Shown one piece after another: positions 23,101 through 36,300 of a stretch of DNA of 64,000 nucleotides. The translations under genes and the position numbers were made by a program. The stretch comes from Pecten maximus (taxonomy: Eukaryota): positions 38,068,001-38,132,000 of the forward strand of contig NC_047020.1 of assembly GCF_902652985.1 (NCBI RefSeq), written 5' to 3'. The notes beneath the pieces were generated by a model, which was not told the DNA's origin, made no database searches, and worked only from the letters and a program-made list of their open reading frames with translations. The number at the start of each line of letters is the position of its first letter. Position 1 is the stretch's first letter.

Positions 23101-25901
23101 AAAAGTGGACATCTTGCAAATTTAGGAATTTTTCCGTGTCTTTTATTTAGGTGACATTAAAAAGACTGAAATAGATCTGCTGTCCCCTTGCAACACTTGG
23201 AGTCTTTGTTTTGTCCGTTAATCGTGTCTTTTCTGTCTTTCTGTACTTTGTTTTCCTTAAATAATAGAGGTCTCCTTGATAATTGTCCTCACATAACACT
23301 GGCTATTGCGAGGACGTTAAACCCCTTATTAACAAAACAAACTAAACTAAGCTCTGTCTGTCTTAATGTTTAAAACGAAATAAAAAATGTTTACAATAAA
23401 TCCTCTGACACTTAAGTTAATGCTTTCAAGAAATCTCATTGCAGGGAAGTTAATGCTTTCAAGAAATCTCACTGCAGGAAAGTTAATGCTTTCAAGAAAT
23501 CTCATTGAAGGGAAGTTAATGCTTTCAAGACATCTCATTGCAGGGAAGTTAATGCTTCCAAGAAATCTCATTGAAGGGAAGTTAATGCTATCAAGAAATC
23601 TCATTGAAGGGAAGTTAATGCTTTCAAGAAATCTCACTGCAGGAAAGTTAATGCTTTCAAGACATCTCATTGCAGGGAAGTTAATGATTTCAACACATCT
23701 CATTGCAGGAAACTTCCACAAATGGGCATTCACGCCTAGAGGGTGTGGCTTCCTGTACGTCAAGAAGGCTCATCGTCACCTCATAAAACCACTGGTGACA
23801 TCACACAACTACCAGCAAGGTCTTACAAACGAGTTCTTTAAGCAAGGATACCGGGATGACACGCCGTACATAACATTGAAACATGCTATTCAGTTCTGTA
23901 AAGACATCGGTGGAATGGTAACTTATCGATTACTGATTACTTGAAGGGAATGTCAAAACCGTATACTGACACCAGTTCAGTTCCAAGTACCAATGCTACA
24001 ATATGCAATAATATACCAATTTGAGATCTACGTTTTATTTGAATATGTGTTTTACTTACTGAACATACTGATATCATCTTGAAAAATACTGAACAAGTTT
24101 GTTAACATACGGTACAATGAGTTACGTCCCCCTTTCTCAATGTTTCTTGCCACCTGCTGTCACCTTATTATAAGGAGAGGACCTAGGTACTAGACTATAC
24201 CTGATGTCCAATCCTATTGACTATTCATTAAAGTCAATAAAGGTATGTTGAAAATGTGACCTTTTCGTGTATTCTAACCTACAATTTCTTTGAGATTTTA
24301 CGCTGAATCAAATTCTAACGTGGGTAGTACAACCAAATAGTTATGGGGGAGGGTATTAACATAGCTCTTTCAAAGCAACTTGCATGTCGACCTATTAAAT
24401 CATAAAATGCTACATTCAGCTTACATTTTCTTTCAAATCAGGGAAAGGTTATAGAGTACAACACAGAGTTGCTACAACAAGCAGTTGACCTCCTGGTCTC
24501 TAGCTGGGAAACACATACATTAGCCATTCCAAAGTCTATGGAGGCGCCATGTGTTCGGATGATCAGACTACCACTGCTCAAGGATTACGATGGCATAGCG
24601 GTCAGTGATACAATTATTATCAATCGGGGAAAAAAAAATACTCGGGCCTTTCCGTACACGTCATATCTTCCGAGATATGACGGAAAGGCTCGAGTGGTTT
24701 TCCGATTGGATTATTATCTTTGTCATCGTCGGCAAATGATACTTAACACATACGCAATCGCACTGTACTATAGTGATGTATCAAATCATATATACAAAAA
24801 GAAAATATAGACGCAATTAGCAAAAGATGGTATAGAATGTAATAATGGTGTAATTGAAGTTTTCACTGACAACTGAGTGGTTCCCTATCTCTAAATTACA
24901 TCAGTATTACATTCTATAGAATCTTTTTATTTCCCGTAAACCGGGCAATTTCTAATTGCGTTTCGTTTTCTTTCAATAAAGTAAACATCACAGCTTCAAA
25001 TTACGTTACCTCAGAGAAGAAATCAATTTCCACAAAATCATCGGCATTTGTAAATAGTTGCCTTTAATGATAATGTAATTTATTATGATTATATACATAT
25101 TTATGTAACTGTCACAATGTTCATGACAATAAGACATGCGTTTGTGCTTTATGTAATTTGGACTGCTTGATGCAGAAAAACATACAAAAACTATTTTAAT
25201 GAAGACATCAAAAGAATTCAATCATTTTTCAAAATGCTACAACCTAACATTTTTCTGTCACATGAGATGAAGTCTCAGTTGACCTATTGCAATCATCTTT
25301 TGTCTGGCGTTTTCCGTCGTGCGTCGTAAACAATTTACATTTTGACTTCTCAATAGCCAAGATGCCCAGAGTCATATTTGTCCAATAGCTTGCTGGGATG
25401 AAGGACTACCAATTTTGCTCAAATAAATAACCTTGACCCTCTCTCTTTTAAGGTCACAGTGGTCAAATATGTTAAAATCTTTAAAGAATAGCATGACCTT
25501 TGGCCTCAATAAGAGGCCAAGGGTTATGACATTGGGAAAGTGGCATGCTTGGAAAAAACTGAAAAGTTTGATCAGTTGAATGACCCTGGCTTACTTCAAG
25601 GTCACACTTGTCATATGTGTTAGTTTCTTCATAAAAAAACAACTCTCAGTATGTATTTCAGTCCATGAGTTTCTTTTATTTCACTAGCTTAAATGTTATA
25701 TTAATATACATTTATGTCATTGTTTTCATCTTACAGAAGGATGCTGTCCGCCTTGTAGACGACCTTTACGCCAAGTACGACATACAAACACAGGCGTTTT
25801 GTGTACAAGGTCAACTGTATCTGCGACTGTCCATACAGGTGTACAATGAACTGGACGACTGTAGGGCACTAATAAGTGTAATCAACAGTCTCCGGAAGTA
25901 G
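20176..25901 (+). CDS. PLP-dependent class-V C-S lyase-like, tandem paralog 2 (~407 aa) with divergent active-site motifs
   Basis: Exons 20176(or 20196)-20339, 20875-21017, 21599-21715, 22339-22452, 22799-22951, 23709-23917, 24442-24600, 25737-25901. Six exon lengths (143, 114, 153, 209, 159, 165) and all phases match paralog 1. Motifs NNAARG, NATT, DHITS, DGANAPGQ, GNFHKW, QGYRD, RLSIQVYN. The start is uncertain. Confidence 0.88.
21491..21548. mobile_element. 58-bp hairpin MITE, TAG...CTA ends, 8-9-bp TSD (Academ-like)
   Basis: TAGCCTGAGTTTCCTTTGG / CCAGAGGAAACTCGGGCTA arms; flanks AGTATCATT and GGTATCATT. Confidence 0.75.
22516..22700. repeat. ~62-bp intronic tandem repeat (3 copies)
   Basis: TTACACAGCTAGGAAATTTGACTGAA...AGAGTGCACAGCAATCGAGA is repeated. 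Confidence 0.8.
23414..23710 (+). repeat. 33-bp tandem repeat (9 copies) of the 3' splice acceptor of the lyase 2 PLP-lysine exon
   Basis: Unit AAGTTAATGCTTTCAAGAAATCTCATTGCAGGG. The last copy supplies CTCATTGCAG|GAAACTTCCAC. The array is open in frame (KLMLSRNLIAG x9). Confidence 0.95.
25255..25625. repeat. Fragment of a dispersed Helitron/HINE-like non-autonomous repeat
   Basis: GACCTATTGCAATCA...CGTCGTGCGTCGT head followed by ACCTTGACC / AAGGTCAC motifs. Recognised by resemblance only. Confidence 0.4.
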
Positions 25902-26750
25902 GCGTCAATAGTGATATATGTGGGGATGACTACAGGGCACTAATAAGTGTAATCAACAGTCTCCGGAAGTAGGCGTCAGTAGTGATATATGTGGGGACGA
26001 CTACAGGGCACTAATAAGTGTAATCAACAGTCTCCGGAAGTAGGCGTCAATAGTGATATATGTGGGGATGACTACAGGGCACTAATAAGTGTAATCAACA
26101 GTCTCCGGAAGTAGGCGTCAATAGTGATATATGTGAGTTCTGTGACGACTTCAGGAAACTGATTGGTGTGATAAATAGTCTCCAAATGAGGCATACATGG
26201 TGATTCGTGTGGGGACGACTACAGGAAACAGATTGATGTAATAAACAACCTCCTCCGGAAGTAGACATAAATGGTGATTCACATTGAGACGACTACAGGA
26301 AACTGACTGATGTAATAAACAGTCTCCGAACGAGGCATAAATGGCGATTCATGTTGGGACGACTACAGGAAACTGACTGATGTAATAAACAGTCTCCGAA
26401 TGTAGGTATAAATGGCGATTCATGTTGGGACGACTGCAGGAAACTGACTGATGTAATAAACAGTCTCCGAATGTAGGTATAAATGGCGATTCATGTTGGG
26501 ACGACTGCAGGAAACTGACTGATGTAATAAACAGTCTACAGGAAACTGATCATGATTGATGTAATAAACTGTCTCGGAATGAGGCATAAATGGTGATTCA
26601 TGTTGAGACGACTACATGAAACTGATTGATGTAATAAACAGTCTCCGAATGTAGGTATAAATGGTGATTCATGCGAGAACGACTACATGAAACTCGGTGG
26701 CGTTATAAACTTTATCCGGAAATAGACATCAAAAGTAGTACACATGGGTT
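25854..26750 (+). repeat. ~71-bp tandem repeat (~12 copies) of the last 15 codons, stop codon and proximal 3'UTR of lyase 2
   Basis: Copies at 25854, 25925, 25996 and 26067 are nearly identical (GACTACAGGGCACTAATAAGTGTAATCAACAGTCTCCGGAAGTAG...); more diverged copies follow to ~26750. Confidence 0.92.
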
Positions 26751-29700
26751 CTACAACAAACTCTGAAAGATACGTTTAATTTGCCAGAAAGAGGTCGTCC
26801 AAACAAATACCATGTGCAGTTCCTGGTGGAAATGATTTTATTTGTCGTTCAGAACTAAAATTCCTCATATTTAAGAAACAATGGTTCTTTATAATTAACC
26901 TGTAGATATGTAATTCGGTTTATTATTTTCGTGTACAAACCGTCAATTAAATCTGCCATATACAGGACCATTGACAGCAGCGATAGTCTCTGGAAACAAA
27001 CAATAAACTATTACAAATCAAGCCTAACATTGGTGAACACCCTCCAAAGCGAAACGTCGCATGAAGGAAGCGGTCCTCACTCGACATACATATCTTAACT
27101 ATTATATTCACACCATAGACACTTGTATCTGGTAATTAACACACAGTTAAAATAGTTTTCAATATGTATTATATACACCCATCATCCACACCTTTTAAAC
27201 GGGAAGACCTACCTGTAAACACTTCCAAGTTACAGATATGGAATTGAATTGGAAGCTGTACTGTATATATATCAGTTTATATACCCACAACACCTTCGAG
27301 TATGTATAGAAGAATAAAGGTGGTCTAGAAGCTCATAACTTATACAGACCGAAGATCAGATAAATCAGGTAAATTAGTAACGACGTAGCGAGATGATGTC
27401 GAGTTAACAATACCAGGCTACCATATTGCGAATCACTTTTCTTCAAAACATCTCGGCCAATCGTTCCAATTCTTGAATCTGTAAAAAGCTGAATAAATTC
27501 CACGGGCACTGATCAGTTTTCGTAGCAAATGATTTTGAGCAAAATGATCAAATTTTGCATAAATAATCACCACTTTTACGTAATGGGTGCTTAGTGTTCA
27601 GTACATAAGATATTTTCCATATACTATGTACGTCCATGGCTAAATAGCGTTTGGCCCAAAATGACACAATCAATCAATCAATCATTCAATAGTAGCCTAC
27701 AGAACAAAGCTGTGTAAAGATATCCGAGACATCTCGCCTATTTAAGAAAAATGAGCAATTTCAAACATTCTTCATTTGTCTGTAATTTAAATTTCCCTTT
27801 TTATGAAACGCTCAGATTCGAAACTTTGGAGTCAGAATGTTACTGAAAACTACGGACTGTTCAAGCACAAATGAGGTATATGGATATAGCTAGATTATGG
27901 TATAGTGTATGTTCGTAACTATGTAATTACTTTTTAGGGTGACTTACCTCATTTAATGCTTTCTGCACTGGTGGCCGCCATTTTGAGTTCGTGATAATCA
28001 CCAACTTCAGACCACGTGATTCCCCACCGTAATTCAGTGGTGGGCGCCAAGGCCCCTCTGCGATGTTTCATACATTTTGCTACTTAACTCATATCGACTG
28101 AGAAATTAGGTCTTGGCTAACTAAAGGTCAGTTGTCATAGAAAGATGTTCAAAGGATTGATTCATGATAAAAGGTCAACATGTCAATTTAACCTCTTGTT
28201 TAATGTCTGCAGATAGAATGTATATTGGATAGGTCTTTTGTCTATTGTCTGCAGGTCTATTAGACCTCTTGTTTGCCATAAGAATAATCAACAAAAATCA
28301 TTGCATGTACCATTATTTTATTTATAATTTTATGTACGTTTTATAAATTGATAATATACATAACATTTAATTTACAAAAAAATGCATGTATTCTTAAATA
28401 AGTAATAAAATATCACAATGATGCTTGATGGCTTATCTCCATTAAAAAGACCCGCAGAAATCAAAGAATGAACAAAAATATTGTTAATGCTTCATGGTCT
28501 TCAACAGATTACCGCAGCATGGACACTGACACCAGAGGCCTTGATTTCTCAAATAAATAAATAAATAATAAATAAATAAATATCAAAATATATTCAACAC
28601 CAGAGACTTTCAAACAATGGCTTTTTTATATGTAAATATTTTTGAGAATATATTGAATATTTCTTTTTGTTGATTTTTTAAATTCCAAAAAAATATTTAT
28701 TTATTATATTTATTTATTTAATTTATTTTTTGAGAAATACAACAGCCAAGTCAGGTACTAAACTCAAGATCAGGCACTTACTAAGGCGGCTAACGAACAG
28801 TACTAAGTAAAGTTACAAACTTTGATAGAAATTTCAATTCTAAATCTCCGGCATGCTCATGTTCAGAAGGACTTTTGCATACCTAAAAAGTTTATCAATA
28901 AAAACCATCAGGTAAATTTTCATGAAAATCTTACAAGTGGCTAACGAGACAGATTTTCATGAAAATTTGTTTTTATTTCTCTTTCTTAAAAATCAGATGA
29001 ATATACAGGTACAATTTTTTTTTTCATGGAAATCTACATTTGAAATTTACTTATTTTTATATTTACAACATTTTGTGTTCACATATAGGATAAAACATAT
29101 ACATGATTGTTCATGCACATGTATGCTTTCTGAATGATCATAAACTTGACACAGAAAAAAAAAATAAAAAAAATAAGAAAGTATATCATTGATGATGCAA
29201 AACATATATGCATATTCATATATTTATATAAACAGCAGTTTCAGCAGTATATTATCGAGCAGCAGTTTTCATACAATGGTGAAAAAACAGTACAAACGAA
29301 TGACTATATCATTATTTTAACATACATACCTCATCATAGATGAGATATTATGGTCAACACGATCGTTCAGCTGGTATGATTTTTTTTTTTAATTTTCATT
29401 CAAAATCATTTCACAGTTCCAGGTTATGCTTGTCAAAGAATCTCCAAACTTGCACTTTCATGAGTAGTAATGATTCGTTTGTGTTTCCTAAGAGCACTAT
29501 ATCTTTGCACATTTGCTTTGCATGGTTAACTTCGATACCCTGGTAGCTATATGAAAATATTTGTTTGAAAGAAATAAAGTTGAGATCTTCTTGATAAAAC
29601 AATATAAATTTTGAAATTCCTAGTTTATAGATAAAGGGTTTTGGACAAAACAAGGGAGATAATTCAGCAGTATTTTATCATTCAATGGTATTGCTAATCT

Positions 29701-30328
29701 AACAAGACATCATTGTTTGGCCGACATGCTGCCTATTTTACACGAATACAAATTCTTTAAGACAATTTTCGGACAGTGACATCATTCTAATTAATTATCC
29801 GTTGAAAAACTATCATTTTTTTTTAAATTTTCACATCATATGCTTTTCATATCAATATTGTTTTCTTAAAAGTAAATTCGAATTTATACAAAAAATTTTC
29901 AAATATACATTCCATATGTATTTAATATCGAATGCTATCTTTTTTCATGTAGTGATGCTTTTTTGGCAGAAAAGCAAAGTAAAAATGTAAAGAAAATTCA
30001 ATTTGAATTTTTTATATGAAAGGATTGAAAACTATCCCTCCCTCATGACCCCCACTGCCCACTTCCTTCAATAATCTCACTCCTCAATATACCTGGTAAA
30101 TGGTATACCTTCTTAGTTTTAACTACAGTCCATCCAGATCCCATATGGTCAGCTTTCAAAACGAAGCACGCATTTAACTTAGGAATGGGCTGTGATACAT
30201 AAAATACAAAAAAATTCTCAAGGTCAATGTCCTTGTAGACAATGTATTTTGTATGTTTTGCACGTCTCGGCTACCCTGGGTGGCGGGTGTGGCCCAGTTG
30301 ATGGGAGTGGTTGGACAACCTCCACGCC

Positions 30329-33300
30329 TCAACTGTCCATGGTGGTTGTATCCTCAGTCATGGTGGTTTCCCTTTCCTCAGGTTTGTCGACCTCCTCCTG
30401 TGTTGACTCGGGCTCCACCGGGGCGGGAGGGGCAGGTGTGGGAGGCTTTGGTGGTTCTTCTTCTTCTGTTCATACAGAATTTAAGACAAATCATTAGAAC
30501 TTTACCTATACAGAAATATCATATTTTTGCATAAAAAAACCAGTTTGAGAAAAAATTAAAATTATTTACAATTTATTATTGCTGAGAAAAGGGTGACATC
30601 GGTTGTAGTTATGCTATGTTTTTTTTATTTCAATAATTCTTGTTAGCATCTTGACTTTTAACTTATTATACCTACAAAAAACATGGGTGGGCTTATTACC
30701 AGGCATGCGTACAATTTATACTAAACTCATAACAAAAAAATCATGATACAAGCAAAAAATAACTTTCAGATAACATCAAAAATATTTTCTAATTTCAAAT
30801 TATTTTAAAGAAATTAAATGGAGCACACAAATTATTGTTAAGAACAAATAAACAGCAATATTGTTCAAAAGTGTTTACTTACTTGGTTCAGGGAATGGTT
30901 TCTCAAAATCATCAGTCCTTGCACTCTTCCACTCAATCATGCGCTCCAGAGCATTTCTATGTTCCAGTACCACATGGCCGTGAAAACCTCCCATCATTCT
31001 GTGGGCCATAGCAATACCAAACTGGACACGGTTCGTGTTGATGGCCTCTTTGTCGGAAAGTGTGCGGGCAATATTATAAGCTTTACTGAAATAATCTGTA
31101 GCCTCATCATAACGACCCTGAAATGAAATATATATCATGATGATATTTTAAGAACTTTATGAAATTGCCACTAATCTGACAAATTAGCTGGATTAGACAG
31201 GTGTTAGAATACAGAGGTTTTATTCAAGGAATAGTTGTCAATCACAACAAGCTCAGGATATAAATAGCTGAATTTTCTTTCATTAGGATATGTCTACGGA
31301 ACCACAAAAACTAAATTAAAGTAATGGCGTTGGCTCAACCCCTGGATTGATGTAGGTTTTATTTTGCTACAATATGTATATATTAATTCTGTGAGTAATA
31401 GGATTCCAGCTTTGTCCTGAGGGACTAAGCATATATTTATACAATACAAATAGATGATTCAATATATACCATGGGTTGGGAAATTTGTGCCAATTACATA
31501 AGGTCCCTGTGGGGCTTCAATCATATTAAACATGCATTGACATGTACTGATTATGGGAATAAAAAATTAAAAGACTAATTTTGACAAAGGTATCTTTTGC
31601 TCAAGACAAAATGAATTTTTGTGAAACTTTTTTTTTTAAGCTGACACTGCAGGGCTTTGAATCTGTAGACATAGAGTTAATTTGATTTGCTGAAATTTTA
31701 GATGTCATCAAATCTCGACAAATTAGCCCACCAACAATATTTTCCATGGAAAATAACATACAGAAACTACAATAGATACAATTACAAAATATGTACATAT
31801 GCTTTCAGTACAAAAACAAATCTAAAACAAAATTTACAAACAGAGATGATATATATAAATTCACAGTATTCAAATTATTGTTGGGTTAACCACAAATATA
31901 TTTAAAGATAATTGATTTGATTAATTATATGTGATTATGCCTGTCCCTTATAAAATCTGGTGCATGTAAACTTGAGACTTACCAATGAATTGAGGATATT
32001 TCCGAGATTGTGACAGGCCCGACTGTAAGCTATCTCCTCCCCGCTTTGTTCTGTAACCTCCACAAACTTTCTCAGGTATTCAATACTCTCCTCCAGTTTA
32101 CCTTGGCTAAAACATGAAAGTAAAACATCAGTAAAACAATGATATTAGACAGATTTATAATTATATCAGTTATACTTCAGAATCTTAAATCAATGACGTC
32201 TTCTCAAAGGTTTAAAGTGTATGGATGCGGAAATTTTTACAACAGAAAATCGGTAATCAGAATTAATCAACAGGCAGAAAATTTTCACAACAGAAAATCG
32301 GTAATCATAATTAATAAACAGGCATATTCATATTGTAAGTTATTTCTCATAAATCATCATTAATTTAATTCTTTCTGAAATTATACAATGTATTGGTACA
32401 TATATTTTTCATGGAGCCCTGATTGAAATTGCTTTTCTCTAGCTAGGATTCATTCTCACTATAATATCAAAAGTCTCTAAAATTATTATCTAATCATTTT
32501 TTATATAAAGATATGATTAGTACAATGTATAATGTTTTTTTTTTATTTTCATTTTTTAATACCCAGTCAAGATATGATTATGCTGTCAGATGACATTTAC
32601 AGGTAAATGAATGACAGTCATATCAGAAAAAAATCAACATAAAATCTAACTGTCTGTGATTATTTCAATGTAGAACTCAAAAATCATGCCAAAATTTAAA
32701 ACTATGAAAACTGGAAATTATATGAACGAGTGAATTTTGTGATACGTACCTGGCATAGGCCTTGGAGATAGCATCACATGCCTTTCCTATCCCCTCACTA
32801 TCACCTGACTCATTACATATGTCAAGGAAGTTATTCAGATGCTGCAACAAATTTTCATATTTTATTCAATGTGTTTTATCTGGTATGATACTCATTAATG
32901 TACTGATATCACTGTTAGGGTGAATAAAATATTGATGTTTCTTAAAGTGTAATATTGTAGACATTTTATATTTATCTTTCAAAAGTCTCCATGCAATAAC
33001 TTTATGAGTATCCTGTCATACTGCAAGACTACATATTCTATAAATTAATTGATTAAAAGGAAGTAGGTGGATTTAATATTAAATTTTGAGGTTTGAAATG
33101 AGAATTTAATATTTTTTGTGGAAATGGCATCATTCTCTGCTCTTAATCACAGTTTGAATATTTGATGTTTATTGTGTGGAAGATTTTGTCCCAAACATAG
33201 GGTTAAAAAAAAAAAGAAAAAAAAAAGAACATTATAGCAAATTTCTATGGAGTAATAATTGGTAACTTTAACGGCATGGCAGATTTACAGTAACTTAAAA

Positions 33301-36300
33301 CACTTACCACAAGTGCAGATTTGCCATCACCACACTTCTCATGTGTCAGACCCAGTGTGTATGAAGCTTGGCCTTCCAGTGTCTTGTCATTACCTGTGGT
33401 AGGGAATGTTTAGTTCACTTGCTGTACTTAAAATGTCATATAAATTCAATGAATAATGTCACAATCTGAATATTATCCAAATTGTTTTGGAAATTACAAA
33501 ATCATTTGATTCCCCCCCCCCCCCCCCCCCCCCCAAAAACAAATATGCAGCTAATGAAAATTTTCCAATAGTGGCATACATGTATAAGATAAAATACAAT
33601 AAGCATTTTTATTGTAATGTAATTTACATTACAAAATAATTTGTTAAATTTGTTAAATTTTGTTTTTCATTTTTTGGTTGTAATATCATTGGTTAAATTA
33701 TCAGTAATATACCTGAAAATGCTACACCTTTTTTGATTTTGTATTTAAAATTGATATCTAGAGAAATTAGGAAAACATTGTACAATGTATCAAAATATTT
33801 ATCCTGTAATAAGACCTGAGGCTAACACATAAACTCAATTCAAAGTAGTGTGTGGGCTTACTGGAGGAAAATGAAACAGCATTTGACATAATTTTCACTA
33901 AACAGCAATATGTATGGGTAGTTGGGTGGCACATTGACAACACACTTGTCTTTCACCTAGGGAACTGGGGTTCAATTCACCAATCAGACATGAAAAGGTA
34001 AGGGGACACCTGCCCGACCATGTAGGTTTTCCTGGGGTACTCCAGTTTCCTCTCACACTAAAACATGTCACGCGCTTCAAATCGGGCCAACAAGCATGAT
34101 TAATATAAGTTGTTATAACTTGTTTTGCAATTGTTGTCAAATGAATAAAGTTTACAATAGACATGGGTGGTCCTATTACCAGAAATGAGCTGATTACTGG
34201 AAAACTGGGAGATTTCAAATGACACTGCATGTACACTACTCACTTTCCTTGGCCATTTTGAGAGCCTTGGTAAGGAAATCCAGTGCCTTCTCCAACTCCT
34301 CCTGTCGCTCCAGGATCAGGCTGATGGCAGTGTATATTCTCCACAGGTTGAAACAGGCATCCGTGTGGAACGTTACATCATCAGCTGTAATCCACTCCTT
34401 GTGATCCACAGCTAATTTGTAGTATGCTTCAAAATGATCCACTGCCTCGTAGCTGTCGCCTGTGATAGTAAAAAAGTTCACCAGAGGTTTGTATAAAACA
34501 TGGTTTTATATCACAAGCATAATGGAGACTGTGCAATATACAATGTGGTAAGTAGTCCAAAGTCTGATTTATACAGGTATCCAGATTGTACAGGTTCAGT
34601 TTACACAGAAATTTCTATTGTGTAACATTATATTTGAAGGTCTGTTTTATACAGGTATCCAGATTGTATGAGTGTAAAAGTCTAGTACCATATTTATCCT
34701 CAAATAAGCTCTTCTCCAAATGTAAAAGTTCAGTACCATATTTAAACTCAAATGAGCACCTCTCCTAGTGTGAAAGTTGAGTACCATACTTGTCCTTAAA
34801 TAGCTCCTTCCCAAACTTTTGTAAAAGTTTATCACCATATTTATCCTCAAATAAGCCCCCTCAAGTGTAAAAGTTCAGTAATAAAGCTTGGAAAAGGCTT
34901 ATTTGTGAACCATTTTAGCCTACTCTTTCAAAATTGACAATTCTGCAAAAAATAAATAAGTGGGGGAGCTTATTTATGGGCAAGGACTTATTTGCAGACA
35001 GGAGCTTATATGCAGATAAATATGGTACATGTATCCCAGGCTTACCATTCTCTTCCAAGGACACTCCTACATTGTAATGGCCTTGGGCCTTCATTTTTCC
35101 ATTGTCACCTTTGACCTCCATACTTGTTTGTAAACAGGTTGTAAAGAAGTGATCTGCTAGCCATTTATCGTCCTTCATTGACTGGAAGTACCGCGCTAAC
35201 TCATACCTGTTTCTGTATACTTCAGAAAAGTCACCTGTAATGTTATCAACAAAGTTTAAGTTACCTACAAATAATTAAACAGTATCATGACTTTGTATTA
35301 CAGTTAACTTGATATCAATTACACATTATAATTCTTTTATAGATTTAAAAAAAATGGATTCCAGACAAATTATTTCATCATTATTGATTCAAATCTACAA
35401 AAAAGAAAAAAATCATGAACCTGCTTTAAAACCAAATGCTAATAATTTTTCTTATCCCAACAATTTTTGAAACAAACTCATCTGAGGCACTTACAAAATT
35501 ATCATTTTCAAAGAAATGCAAATTTAATACCATACTGAACTGTTTTTTTGCTTCTTTTTGATATGACATACATTGTGGAAAATTATTTGCTGTTCAGATG
35601 TAACAGTTTAAGCAGCATATAGGTTTATTTAAAATATGATGACTGTATCAAAAACTAAATTTTGACATATGCTAGCATATTCATGTAATATATGCATGGC
35701 TGTATGACTGTTATGAAATTACAGCTTTCTTTACCCTTTAGTATTATCTTCTTTTCAAATAAAACATATAATGGATGTTCTAGGAAAAATAATGAGATCA
35801 TACTTTGATGGTATACTTATCTATATACATACCGTATTTACGGCAATTAGCATCCCTCCCCCTATAAGCACCCCTCCCCTTTCCAGTGAAGAAATTGAAA
35901 TTATTTAGAAAAAAATTACTCCTAATTATGAAACAACTTCAAAATAAGTCATGTTACTTACATTTTATACGTAAAGACTTTGGTGATCAAAGCCAGACTC
36001 CCCCTCAATCTTAAACATCTGGTCAAAATTCATCAAACTTTTTTCTTACTGACATTTTAGACTTTTGTCCATAACACAGAATAGTTACCTTAATATTAGC
36101 GCCCTCTCTGCAGTAATTTTTTCTCCAGAGTCCTGGGCACTAATTACGGCAAATACGGTATGTTACAATGTTTAGAAAGTTTTTTACTTTATTGAAATGA
36201 TGGAAATATCTTTACCTTTTCTGTAGGCTTCCTCTGCTCTAGTTAAATGCGTTTTTAACATGTCCAATTTTGAATGTTGATCTTTTAACAAAGCCATTGA

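Noticed and set aside
23347-23763. 138-aa minus-strand repeat ORF
   Set aside because: Antisense reading of the 33-bp array; no independent support.
28900-30000. Cluster of short ORFs
   Set aside because: AT-rich, low-complexity translations in the probable TTC29 3'UTR or intergenic DNA, with no motifs or splice support.
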